A stretch of DNA of 55,023 nucleotides from Alphaproteobacteria bacterium (GCA_049297695.1 JBAQUT010000022.1:1-55023), one strand, 5' to 3'. Positions 34,367 through 42,972 are shown, numbered from the stretch's first letter. Numbers and translations are program-made. The notes: generated from the sequence alone by a model not told the origin.

Positions 34367-36246
34367 TGCGGCGGGCTCCAAGTAGCACCAAATATCTGGC
34401 GCAGTTGCAGCACATTGTAATTTATGTTGGCCTCTTTCACCAATCCCGCCAGCAGCAAGGCTTCGGCATTTTGTTGCCATTGTTGCTTCAAGGTGGCGGT
34501 GGCAGCCTGTTGGGCTGTGGCGGTTAGGAGTTGGCTATCCCGCTTCAGCATCCGCAGCACCACGCGGGCGTCACCCTGCGGTATTCCCGTAGCCAACACG
34601 CCGTTCACGGGCAGTTTGTACAACTCTATCAGTTGGCTGTGCAGCCATGGGGGGGCATCGCCAGGGCCGGTGAAGGTAAGGCTGCCTGCCGTGCCGCCCG
34701 CAAGGTTCATGCCCTGTGCCACGGTTGCCAAAGGTTGCTTCAGGCTTTTCTGGGCTTGAGCGGCAACAGAGGTTGCCATTTCAGCCAGCACGCTTTGGGT
34801 TTTGGCCTGCATAAAATCGGCCAGCACACGGGGTTGGATTTCGGCCAAAGGCGGCACTTTGGCAGCTACCACGGCAGTGAGTTCTAGGTACGCCATGGTG
34901 CCGTCGGCCAGCGTAAAGGGACCCTCCACGCGGCCTTGCTCGGCCTCAAACGCGGCTTTCACCAGCGTGGTATCCGCCGCGTTGCTTTGGGCTGTTAACA
35001 AGCTTTCTTGGCTTGTTTTCAGACCTGTGGCGGTAGCAATTTCGGCAAGAGTATTCCCCGCAGCGGCGCGGTCATCCACGGTGCGGAGCAGGCTTTGCAA
35101 GGCATCAGTAGTTTGTTCGGCAAGCACGTCGGTGCGCACTTTGTCTTTCACATCCACCAAAGCGGGGGCTGCGGCAGGGGTAATGCTGTCCACCCAAATT
35201 AGGTGCCAGCCAAAGGGCGTTTGCACGGGGCCGCCCACGGTGCCAACGGGTAACTCAAAGGCCACTTTGGCAAAGGGGGCCACCACATCGGTGGCCGCAA
35301 TTTCTCCTAAATCGCCACCTTTACCTTTGCCCGAGGGGTCGGTGGTGTGCTCATCCGCCAGTTTGATGAAATCCGCCTGGGTTTGAATTTGCGTGTGCAA
35401 CGCTACGGCTTCGGCACTTTCGGCCATCAAAATATGGCGCACGCTGCGGCGTTCGGGTTTTTGGTAGGCTGCAAGGTTCTCGTTAAAATACGTTTCCATC
35501 TGCGCATCGGTAACGGCAATGGTGGATGCCAAGGTTGCGGGGTTCAGGGCCAACATCTTAAAGCTGCGTTTTTCAGGCACTGCATAAGCTTGCTGGTTGG
35601 TGGCATAAAAGCCTTGCAACACCTCGGGCGTAGGTTGGGCCACACCGCGCACCATGGCGGGGGTTAGGGTTAGCGTTTCCAACGTGTAGGTGGTGGCGGC
35701 ATCGGCCAGCAAGGGGGCCACAGCCTCCGGCTTGGGCGAGGGGAGTGCAATCACATCCGCCAGCATGGCCAACCCCAGTTGTTCGCCCAGCATGGTCTCG
35801 TAGGCACGGGGGGTAAGGCCTTGGTTGGCCAAAATCTGTTTGTAGCGTTCCAGGTTAAACGCACCGTTCACCTGAAACGCCTGCGTGTTGGCAATTTCGC
35901 TGCGCAGCACGCTGGCGGCGGGGGCAAGGCCCAGATCGGCCGTGGCGGCGTTCAGCACGTGGCGGTGCACCAGCTCGGTCAGCACCATCTGGGGCACGTT
36001 CAGTTCGTCCAGTTGGGCGGGGGTAGGGGCGGCGCCCAGCATTTGGCCAATCACCTTCACGCGGTTGCGGTAGGTGGCATCTACTTCGCTTAGGGGCACA
36101 GGGCGGCCGTTCACTGTTAAGGCGGCGCCTCCGCTGTTGCCTTGCAGATAATCCTGAACTCCCCACATAGCAAAGCTTGCCACCAGCAAACCCAGCAAAA
36201 TCTTGGTGGCGCGGGTCTCGGCCATGGCGCGGAACATGTTCAACAT
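34363..36246 (-). CDS. ppiD: Periplasmic chaperone / peptidyl-prolyl isomerase PpiD-like
   Basis: ATG at 36246 with an AAGGAG RBS. N-terminal TM anchor. SurA-N-like region. Parvulin domain (VRHIL...GGDLGEI...FGWHLIWV). Confidence 0.88.
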   Translation of the reverse strand: MLNMFRAMAETRATKILLGLLVASFAMWGVQDYLQGNSGGAALTVNGRPVPLSEVDATYRNRVKVIGQMLGAAPTPAQLDELNVPQMVLTELVHRHVLNAATADLGLAPAASVLRSEIANTQAFQVNGAFNLERYKQILANQGLTPRAYETMLGEQLGLAMLADVIALPSPKPEAVAPLLADAATTYTLETLTLTPAMVRGVAQPTPEVLQGFYATNQQAYAVPEKRSFKMLALNPATLASTIAVTDAQMETYFNENLAAYQKPERRSVRHILMAESAEAVALHTQIQTQADFIKLADEHTTDPSGKGKGGDLGEIAATDVVAPFAKVAFELPVGTVGGPVQTPFGWHLIWVDSITPAAAPALVDVKDKVRTDVLAEQTTDALQSLLRTVDDRAAAGNTLAEIATATGLKTSQESLLTAQSNAADTTLVKAAFEAEQGRVEGPFTLADGTMAYLELTAVVAAKVPPLAEIQPRVLADFMQAKTQSVLAEMATSVAAQAQKSLKQPLATVAQGMNLAGGTAGSLTFTGPGDAPPWLHSQLIELYKLPVNGVLATGIPQGDARVVLRMLKRDSQLLTATAQQAATATLKQQWQQNAEALLLAGLVKEANINYNVLQLRQIFGATWSPPQ

Positions 36247-36378
36247 GTAAAGTCTCCTTATATATAGCCGCAATCTGCCACCGCGCAGGCCGTGGGGCAA
36301 GGGCTTGCATACGCACAGGCGCCTAAGCAACGGGCAGGGGCGCTTGACGCCCCCTTACAACCCTCTTACAACAACAGG

Positions 36379-36792
36379 ATGACAGCGATGCTTTTCCTTG
36401 TAAATGCTTTGGTGGCCGTAGGCCTTATCATCCTCATTCTGCTCCAACGGGCGGATACTGGCGCAGGCGCAGCCTTTGGCGGCGGCAGCGGCGGGGCGCA
36501 ACCCGTTATCCGTAACCCTTTGGCCAAACCTACGGCGTTGCTGGCAGGGGTGTTTTTGTTTACCAGTCTGCTGATTGCCTACACCCAGCAAGGCGCCACC
36601 AGCCACGCCAGCGTGGTGGAAGATACCGCCCACACCGCCCCCACAACCCCCGCCTTGCCTGCGGCCGAGCTGCCAATCACCATGGATGGCGCCAACGGCT
36701 CCAGCCTGCCAAGCCCAGCCATGCCTGCGGCACCTGCCGAACAACCTGCGGTTCAACCCACCCTTGCACCGGAAGCCCCTGTAACGCCATGA
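36379..36792 (+). CDS. secG: Preprotein translocase subunit SecG with a Pro/Ala-rich tail
   Basis: MTAMLFLVNALVAVGLIILILLQR... Two TM helices and a Gly-rich loop. The conserved secG-pyrG order supports the call. Confidence 0.85.
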   Translation: MTAMLFLVNALVAVGLIILILLQRADTGAGAAFGGGSGGAQPVIRNPLAKPTALLAGVFLFTSLLIAYTQQGATSHASVVEDTAHTAPTTPALPAAELPITMDGANGSSLPSPAMPAAPAEQPAVQPTLAPEAPVTP

Positions 36793-36860
36793 CGTGCCAC
36801 AACGGAACCACCCAAGCCGCTTACGGGCCAACCCGGAGCGGCTTTTCCTCTGCTGGATTT

Positions 36861-36963
36861 CAGGATGACAGGGTAACTGGTAACAGGATTGTGTTCCTAT
36901 ATGATTCATTGTGTTGTCCTATAACCCGTAACCCAGTAACCAGTTATCCTGTAACCAGTAACC
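36861..36963 (+). repeat. GTAAC-containing octamer-like repeat array in the secG-pyrG spacer
   Basis: GTAAC at 36873, 36880, 36928, 36936, 36951 and 36958. CAGGATGACAGGGTAAC at 36861-36877. ATTGTGTT..CCTATA duplicated at 36888-36924. Confidence 0.75.
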
Positions 36964-36973
36964 GGAGCCACTC

Positions 36974-38662
36974 ATGACCCCCACCATCCCCGCCCCTCCC
37001 GGCTTGGCCAAACTTGGCAAAACCCACTATATTTTTGTCACCGGCGGGGTGATGAGCAGCTTGGGCAAAGGCCTTACCGCCAGCGCCTTGGGGGCCATGT
37101 TGCAGGCGCGGGGCTTCACCGTGGTGCAACAAAAGCTAGACCCCTATTTGAACATCGACCCCGGCACCATGAGCCCCTTTCAACACGGCGAAGTGTACGT
37201 GACAGACGACGGCTGTGAAACGGATTTGGATTTGGGCCACTACGAGCGATTTACGGGCGTTGCCACCAGCCGCAGCAGCAACATTACGGCGGGGCAAATT
37301 TACTGGGATATTTTGCACAAAGAACGCAAAGGCGATTATTTGGGCAAAACCGTGCAAGTGGTGCCTCATGTGACTAATGAGATTAAAGCCTTCATTAGCC
37401 GCATGGACGGGCAGGCCGACTTTAGCATCGTGGAGATTGGCGGCACGGTGGGTGATTTGGAAAGCGGAGCGTTTTTTGAGGCTATCCGCCAGTTTGGCCG
37501 CGAAGTGGGCTGGCGCCGCAGCTGCTACATGCATTTGGCCTTTGCCCCGTACCTTGCGGCGGTGGGCGAATTGAAAACCAAACCTGTGCAAAACGCGGTG
37601 CGGGATTTACGCCAAATCGGCATCCAAGCCGACATTGTGGTGGTGCGGAGCGAGGTGGAGCTGGGGCGGGGTGAGCTGGAAAAAGTGGCCATGTTTGCCA
37701 ACCTGCCCGTATCCCATGTGGTGGGCTGCCCAGATAGCGATACGCTGTACCGCGTGCCCGTAACCCTGCACGCCCACGGGCTGGATGACGCCGTGTTGAG
37801 CCATTTTGAAATAAAAGCCAAAGAAGGCGATTTAAGCCGCTGGGAGCATATTTCCAGCATTATGGCCAACCCGCCCCGCACGGTGACCATTGCCGTGGTT
37901 GGCAAATATGTGCAGCTGGGGGATAGTTACATCAGTTTGAACGAAGCCCTGTTGCACGGGGGCTTTGCCCACGATGCCAAGGTGGAGATTGACTTTGTGG
38001 ACAGCGAAACGCTAGAACCCATGACCGACGCCTCCGTGGCGGAACGTTTGGCCAAAGCCGATGGTATTTTAGTGCCCGGCGGGTTTGGGGCGCGGGGAAC
38101 AGAGGGGAAAATGCGGGCCATCCGCTACGCGCGTGAAAACAAGGTGCCGTATTTTGGCATTTGCTTGGGTATGCAGCTGGCAGCCATTGAGTTTGCCCGC
38201 CACGTGGCCAACTTGGCGGGCGCGGGCAGCACCGAATTCACCCCCGAGCGCGGCGCCCCCGAGCACCCCCTGATTTGCATGATGACCGAATGGCACGCGG
38301 GCGACCAAAAGCGCCAAGGCAGCGCCACCGATTTGGGCGGAACCATGCGGTTGGGCGCCTACCCGTGCAGCATCGGCAAGGGCACGCTGGCGGAAAAAGC
38401 CTACGGCGCCACCACCATTTCGGAACGTCACCGCCACCGCTACGAGTTTAACCCCCACTACAAAAAGATTTTGGAAAACGCAGGTCTGGTGTTCAGCGGT
38501 ACAAGCCCGACTGACCCCGACTTGGTAGAAATTGTCGAACTGCCCAAAGCCACCCACCCCAGCTTTTTCGCCTGCCAATACCACCCGGAGTTTAAAAGCC
38601 AGCCGTTAAAGCCCCACCCGTTGTTTGCGGCATTTGTGGGGGCGGCAGTGAAGGGGAAATAG
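36974..38662 (+). CDS. pyrG: CTP synthase
   Basis: YIFVTGGVMSSLGKG, GATase Cys GICLGMQ, HRHRYE motif. GGAG RBS before the ATG at 36974. Confidence 0.97.
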   Translation: MTPTIPAPPGLAKLGKTHYIFVTGGVMSSLGKGLTASALGAMLQARGFTVVQQKLDPYLNIDPGTMSPFQHGEVYVTDDGCETDLDLGHYERFTGVATSRSSNITAGQIYWDILHKERKGDYLGKTVQVVPHVTNEIKAFISRMDGQADFSIVEIGGTVGDLESGAFFEAIRQFGREVGWRRSCYMHLAFAPYLAAVGELKTKPVQNAVRDLRQIGIQADIVVVRSEVELGRGELEKVAMFANLPVSHVVGCPDSDTLYRVPVTLHAHGLDDAVLSHFEIKAKEGDLSRWEHISSIMANPPRTVTIAVVGKYVQLGDSYISLNEALLHGGFAHDAKVEIDFVDSETLEPMTDASVAERLAKADGILVPGGFGARGTEGKMRAIRYARENKVPYFGICLGMQLAAIEFARHVANLAGAGSTEFTPERGAPEHPLICMMTEWHAGDQKRQGSATDLGGTMRLGAYPCSIGKGTLAEKAYGATTISERHRHRYEFNPHYKKILENAGLVFSGTSPTDPDLVEIVELPKATHPSFFACQYHPEFKSQPLKPHPLFAAFVGAAVKGK

Positions 38663-38712
38663 GTATTACAAATCGCCCAAAGGCTTCATACCCGCGCAAG
38701 TAGGGATTCAGC

Positions 38713-39150
38713 TTATAAAGACTTTGAAATATCGCCCGTGCAAAGGTCGTTTCGGGCATCTTCTTCACGTGCACGCAACACGCGGCCACAGTACAAGGCG
38801 CGGTTAATCCATGCCTTACGTTCATCAGGAGTCTTGCTAGAAATAATACCCTCAACGGTCTCTTTCATGATTTCTGCATCAAGTGGAGTTAAAGGTTTGA
38901 ATTTGTCAGGTGGCATAACTTCGCAGCGATTTATGCTAGAAAGGGCTGTAGCCAATCTCATTTCAACAACAGGTTTCATCTTTTTGCTTGTAATAGGGCC
39001 TGTTTTTTTGGAAAGTCCAACGTCATCCAACACACCTGAAGTCGTGTCGCGAATGGAATGGTAATGAGTGATGTTGTTGACAAGGCCCATAAGGTCGCCA
39101 ACGGCAAGAGGGGGGATTTGCAACCCAGCTTGTTGAAGCAGTTGTCCCAT
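38713..39150 (-). CDS. Hypothetical protein (AT-richer ORFan)
   Basis: ATG at 39150 preceded by an AAGGAG RBS. 145 aa. The longer ORF-track N-terminus (to 39330) lacks an RBS and is rejected. Confidence 0.5.
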   Translation of the reverse strand: MGQLLQQAGLQIPPLAVGDLMGLVNNITHYHSIRDTTSGVLDDVGLSKKTGPITSKKMKPVVEMRLATALSSINRCEVMPPDKFKPLTPLDAEIMKETVEGIISSKTPDERKAWINRALYCGRVLRAREEDARNDLCTGDISKSL

Positions 39151-39245
39151 CACACATCTCCTTATCTGCCCGTTGTTTACACCCAAAATGTGCATACCGC
39201 AAGAGGGTGTTGTGTACAGTAAAACAAAGGGGTAGACTGCAAGGC

Positions 39246-39683
39246 ATGAAAGTACCCCGCACCCTCCGTGCTGCTGCCGCCGCCACATGGCTGGCGGGGG
39301 CGGGGGGTATGGCCAAAGCCGCCCAATCAACGACTGTTTTGAACCCGTACGATTATTTTACCTGCCACGCAACATCGGGCGAGCTTTTAGCCCGTTGGGC
39401 GGGCGACGCCACGCTGATGATTGAAATACCCAGTTATAAAATTGTGTGGTCATGCGGAACCGCCACCCACAGCGCCGATGACGTTCAGCAAGTGGCCGTT
39501 GGCTGGGTGGATGATCGTAACGTGTATTGGTGCATCAGCGCAGGGCCGGATTTCAAGCCCAAACTGTTCGTATCCCCGCGTAACCCGCATGCACGGGAAC
39601 AAGCTGACGATATATTGTGGGATAACGAGCCCGTTGTGTTCTCAGTCCCCGATAATGAGAATATATGCACTCCAATAGGTTAG
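39246..39683 (+). CDS. Secreted hypothetical protein
   Basis: Signal-peptide-like MKVPRTLRAAAAATWLAGAGGMAKAAQ. Four Cys. Its stop overlaps the convergent hepT stop. Confidence 0.5.
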   Translation: MKVPRTLRAAAAATWLAGAGGMAKAAQSTTVLNPYDYFTCHATSGELLARWAGDATLMIEIPSYKIVWSCGTATHSADDVQQVAVGWVDDRNVYWCISAGPDFKPKLFVSPRNPHAREQADDILWDNEPVVFSVPDNENICTPIG

Positions 39684-40021
39684 AGATTCACTGATTGCAT
39701 CTCTTGTGTGGCTTTTTCCAGAGATTTAAGGTGGTGTTGAATAACATCCCACACGACCGAAGGAGCAATTTTATGGTACTCGTGCCGCAGCATGTTCCCC
39801 ATACCTCGGATGGATTTCCAAGGAATGTGGGGTTGAGATGCTAAAACGTTGTCGGGTATATGTTTAACGGCTTCGGATATGGTCAGCAAAGCCCGTTCGA
39901 CCGCACGCCGCACCAAGCCATCAGACGTAAATGTTTGTAGGGTATGTGCATGGGTGGATATACGGATAAACTCAATCTCGGTTAGAATCTCGGAGAACAA
40001 AGGGGCAAGCATACGGGGCAT
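39680..40021 (-). CDS. hepT: HEPN-domain (DUF86) toxin HepT
   Basis: 113 aa. R-x4-H motif in MLRHEYHKI. TAATG 1-nt overlap with the upstream mntA gene. Confidence 0.85.
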   Translation of the reverse strand: MPRMLAPLFSEILTEIEFIRISTHAHTLQTFTSDGLVRRAVERALLTISEAVKHIPDNVLASQPHIPWKSIRGMGNMLRHEYHKIAPSVVWDVIQHHLKSLEKATQEMQSVNL

Positions 40022-40317
40022 TACAGCACGTGGATGGCCGAAGCCTCAATGTCGTGTTTCAGCAAGGGGTGTAGGCTTTCCCGGGTTGTAATATCTATGG
40101 GAACATGAAGTTCGTCTTCCAAAAGGTCTTTCAATCCTGCAAGTTCAATCAGAGAGAAAGGGGTGTTGGGGGTGGTGTCGATGAAGATATCCACATCGCT
40201 CCCAGCATGGGCTTCGTTACGGGCGGTAGAACCGAAAAGGTACAAACCCGCAACCCCCATAGCCCGCAAACGGGAAGCGAGGGCATTGAGTTGGAGGATA
40301 AGGGGCTCACGTTGCAT
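40021..40317 (-). CDS. mntA: Minimal nucleotidyltransferase antitoxin MntA
   Basis: 98 aa. GSTARNEAHAGSDVDIF (GSxxR...DxD) nucleotidyltransferase motif. Confidence 0.88.
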   Translation of the reverse strand: MQREPLILQLNALASRLRAMGVAGLYLFGSTARNEAHAGSDVDIFIDTTPNTPFSLIELAGLKDLLEDELHVPIDITTRESLHPLLKHDIEASAIHVL

Positions 40318-40341
40318 AGCTTATCTTATCACAGTTTTCTG

Positions 40342-41307
40342 TTACTTCAACACCTTCAAATACGCCTTCACCACTGGCCCGGCGCGGGTAAGTTGCACAA
40401 TGCCATGAATATCGGATTCCAGCTGGCGGCGCAGCACGGTGAGGGCGCTTTCGGCGATATCGCCGTTCAGCATCACGCGGTTGATCACGGCGTCCAGCGC
40501 GGTATCCGGGCTGTTGGCGTGGATGGTGGCCATGCTGCCTTCGTGCCCCGTGTTAATGGCGGAACAAAAGGCGAAGGCGTTTTCTTTCCGGATTTCGCCC
40601 AGCAAAATGCGGTCGGGGCGCATCCGAAGGCAGGCGTTGAGAATCTCGCGGATTTCTTTCCCGCTGGGGTCGCGGTTGGCACCACCGAAAATCAGCGGGG
40701 CGCAGTTGCGGTGGGGAACATCCAGCTCCGGCACGTCTTCCATGGTAATCAGGCGTTCGTGCAGCGGGATGTGCTTAAGCGCCGCATTCATGAAGCTGGT
40801 TTTCCCAGTGCTGGTACCGCCGGAAATAAGCAACGTGTGCTTGGTTTGGATAAGGTCGATAATCGCCCGCCGCGTTTCATCCGGCATCTCAAAGCTATCC
40901 AGCGTATAATCTTTTCGGTGGGCAATCCGCACCGTCATGGTGAAGTGCCGCGTGGTGTGGTGGCCCGCCACAATTTGTACGCGGTGGCCGCCGGGCATTT
41001 TGCAGGCCAAAATGGGGTGCTGGGGGGTGAATATCTCGCCGCTCATGTTGGCCAGCATGCGGGCGCCGTCTTCCAGTTGCTCGGTGGTCAGGTCGGGGGC
41101 GGGCACCCATTTCCAGCTACCATCGGCAAACTCGTAGCCCACTTCGCCGGGGCGGTTGATGACCAGTTCACGGATGCCCGGCTCTTCAAAATACTTAAGG
41201 AGCGGCCCCAAAAACCGTGTTTCCACCTTGTTCAGGCCGTATTTTTCTCCCAAGGCCTCCAGTTCGGGCGTCAGGCTTTTTCCAGATTGTTGGATGAGGT
41301 TGGACAT
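40342..41307 (-). CDS. VirB11/TrbB-family type IV secretion-type ATPase (orphan)
   Basis: 321 aa from the ATG at 41307. Walker A SGGTSTGKTS, Asp box ITMEDVPEL, Walker B DRILLGEIR, His box TGHEGSMATIHAN. No other T4SS genes in the window. Confidence 0.85.
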   Translation of the reverse strand: MSNLIQQSGKSLTPELEALGEKYGLNKVETRFLGPLLKYFEEPGIRELVINRPGEVGYEFADGSWKWVPAPDLTTEQLEDGARMLANMSGEIFTPQHPILACKMPGGHRVQIVAGHHTTRHFTMTVRIAHRKDYTLDSFEMPDETRRAIIDLIQTKHTLLISGGTSTGKTSFMNAALKHIPLHERLITMEDVPELDVPHRNCAPLIFGGANRDPSGKEIREILNACLRMRPDRILLGEIRKENAFAFCSAINTGHEGSMATIHANSPDTALDAVINRVMLNGDIAESALTVLRRQLESDIHGIVQLTRAGPVVKAYLKVLK

Positions 41308-41359
41308 GGTAGAAAGAGTAGTAAGTTTAACCGTTAAAACAAGCCGAGGAGCTTTCATC

Positions 41360-41563
41360 ATGCCCGACACCGCTGCAAATCCACAACAACCTTCCGCCGA
41401 ACTTCGTGAAATAATGCAAAACGAAACCCACCGCGCCCGTGCCTTACGAGCCAAACAAGCCGAAGGTGTTGCGCTGACACCTGCCGAAATTGCCGAATTA
41501 GATGAGCTGAATGAAGCTGGAATTTCATTCACTGTGAAATACGGAAACAATGCCCGTGCTTAG
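41360..41563 (+). CDS. Small hypothetical protein divergent from the ATPase gene (weak call)
   Basis: 67-aa ORF. AGGAG lies 9 nt upstream of the ATG at 41360. No motif. Confidence 0.3.
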   Translation: MPDTAANPQQPSAELREIMQNETHRARALRAKQAEGVALTPAEIAELDELNEAGISFTVKYGNNARA

Positions 41564-41786
41564 CTACAACCCCCACAAACCTTGTCCGTTATCCGATGAA
41601 ACCCAGCGGATGCAAGCCCTGAACTCCTTGGCCGCCCGCCGCGATACCCTGCTTCGCAATCCAAACCCCACCGCCCGCCAGCGCGCAACCCTTGCCGAGC
41701 TTACCCACGACATCGCAACCCTTTCTCGCTGCGGTCCCGATGCCCCCGAACCTATTGAGGGCCTTGAAGACGACCTAGGTTATTGA
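41550..41786 (+). CDS. Small hypothetical protein (weak call)
   Basis: 78-aa ORF. Overlaps the previous ORF by 14 nt and the lipB 3' end by 35 nt. Confidence 0.2.
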   Translation: MPVLSYNPHKPCPLSDETQRMQALNSLAARRDTLLRNPNPTARQRATLAELTHDIATLSRCGPDAPEPIEGLEDDLGY

Positions 41787-42420
41787 ACAACGCCTTGTCC
41801 ACATCCGCCATGCTGGCTGTACACCCCAATACCGCAAGGCTGGTCACAGGCTTGGCCAACCCGCAGGGCACAATGCGGTTGTAAGCCGTCAGGTCGGGGT
41901 TCACGTTCAGCGCAATGCCATGGTACGCAACCCATTTCCGCACTCGCACGCCGATGGCCGCAATCTTGGCGAAATCACGTTCCTGTAACCCTGTAACCCT
42001 GTCATCCTGTAACCCTGTAACCCTGTCATCCTGTAACCCTGCCTTCACCCACACCCCCACATCATCTGTCGCAAACCCTTCCACCCCCAGCTCCCTCAAA
42101 CTGGCAATCAACCACTGCTGAAGATTGGCAATGTGCTCCCTCAAATCCCGTGTTTCCCGTAAATCTTTAATAACATACACCACCCGCTGCCCCGGCCCAT
42201 GGTAGGTGGTTTTGCCGCCGCGCCCGGTGGGGATGACGGGGATACCCCCCACATCCAGCAACTCGGAGGGCATCGCCCCCGTGCCCGTGGTAAAACAAGG
42301 CGGGTGCTCCACAAAATACGCGCGTTCCCGCCCGCCCGCTAACACCTCGGCTACCGCCGCCTCCTGCAAGGCTAAAGCTTCTGCGTAGGGGGTCAAGGAG
42401 GGGAGGGGCTTGATGTCCAT
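41752..42420 (-). CDS. lipB: Octanoyltransferase LipB carrying an in-frame repeat insertion
   Basis: RGGKTTYHGPGQ and KIAAIGVRVRKWVAYHG motifs. The segment GLQDDRVTGLQDDRVTGLQ is encoded by the tandem repeat at 41982-42045. Confidence 0.92.
   Translation of the reverse strand: MDIKPLPSLTPYAEALALQEAAVAEVLAGGRERAYFVEHPPCFTTGTGAMPSELLDVGGIPVIPTGRGGKTTYHGPGQRVVYVIKDLRETRDLREHIANLQQWLIASLRELGVEGFATDDVGVWVKAGLQDDRVTGLQDDRVTGLQERDFAKIAAIGVRVRKWVAYHGIALNVNPDLTAYNRIVPCGLAKPVTSLAVLGCTASMADVDKALFNNLGRLQGPQ
41982..42045. repeat. Tandem repeat inside lipB: eight 8-nt units forming a 24-nt period x about 2.7
   Basis: Units CCTGTAAC, CCTGTAAC, CCTGTCAT, CCTGTAAC, CCTGTAAC, CCTGTCAT, CCTGTAAC, CCTGCCTT, read directly from 41982. 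Confidence 0.9.
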
Positions 42421-42444
42421 ACGGCAACACCCTACACTAAAAGC

Positions 42445-42729
42445 ATGAAATACGCACCCCGCCGCACCACAGCCTTAACAACCGCAGCTGTTATGCTTGT
42501 AGGCCTTACGACAAACGTTATGGCAAGGCCAACGCAACCTCCTAACAAACTCAAAGTACCAGTAACTATCTCAACAAACGCCTTTAAATTACCAATTGGC
42601 GCTAACGAACCTCGTAACCCCGATTTAGCCCCAGATGAGAAAGCAGATGGTATCACACTAGATGATGGTACTGTTTTTGCACCATCTTCAGTGTTGGAAA
42701 AGCTCCAGAAAGGGCAGGAGGGTCGTTAA
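42445..42729 (+). CDS. Small secreted hypothetical protein
   Basis: Signal-peptide-like MKYAPRRTTALTTAAVMLVGLTTNVMA. 94 aa. No clear RBS. Confidence 0.4.
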   Translation: MKYAPRRTTALTTAAVMLVGLTTNVMARPTQPPNKLKVPVTISTNAFKLPIGANEPRNPDLAPDEKADGITLDDGTVFAPSSVLEKLQKGQEGR

Positions 42730-42772
42730 CCCTCTTTACCCGCCCGACAAACCACGCTATACAACCCCCCGT

Positions 42773-42857
42773 GCGGTCATGGCGAAATTGGTAGACGCAT
42801 CAGCTTGAGGGGCTGACGGGTAAAACCATGGAAGTTCGAGTCTTCTTGACCGCACCA
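42773..42857 (+). tRNA. tRNA-Leu (anticodon GAG), CCA encoded
   Basis: Acceptor GCGGTCA/TGACCGC. Anticodon arm TCAGC-TTGAGGG-GCTGA. Long variable arm. T-arm GGAAG-TTCGAGT-CTTCT. Folded by hand. Confidence 0.92.
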
Positions 42858-42972
42858 ATCTTTTGAAATCACACCCGTATTTGCATTTCCGCCACAGGCT
42901 GGTGGCTTATATGTCAGTTCGGTTGTTGCACCCCTCGGGCGGGTCTCCATAATACATGAAAGGAGAATCGTC

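Noticed and set aside
33747-34415. Long N-terminal extensions given by the ORF track (222 aa here; also 38713..39330, 40342..41550, 1604..2476, 5366..5662, 10530..11066)
   Set aside because: The extensions run through neighbouring genes or GC-rich spacers, lack an RBS, and are Arg/Gly/Cys-rich. Internal ATGs with good RBSs or ATGA coupling give products that match family lengths.
36789-36977. 62-aa ORF covering the secG-pyrG spacer
   Set aside because: Its sequence (…PITRNPVTSYPVTSNRS) is simply the translation of the GTAAC repeat array. It has no RBS and overlaps the pyrG start. I treat it as non-coding repeat DNA.
40105-41337. 410-aa plus-strand ORF spanning mntA and the ATPase gene
   Set aside because: It is antisense to two genes with clear catalytic motifs. 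The translation is Gly/Ala/His/Val-rich with no motif or RBS.
41982-42045. Could the short tandem repeats here and at 36861..36963 be a CRISPR array?
   Set aside because: The units are 8 nt with no unique spacers. One array lies in frame within lipB. There are no cas genes. They are microsatellite-like repeats, not CRISPR.
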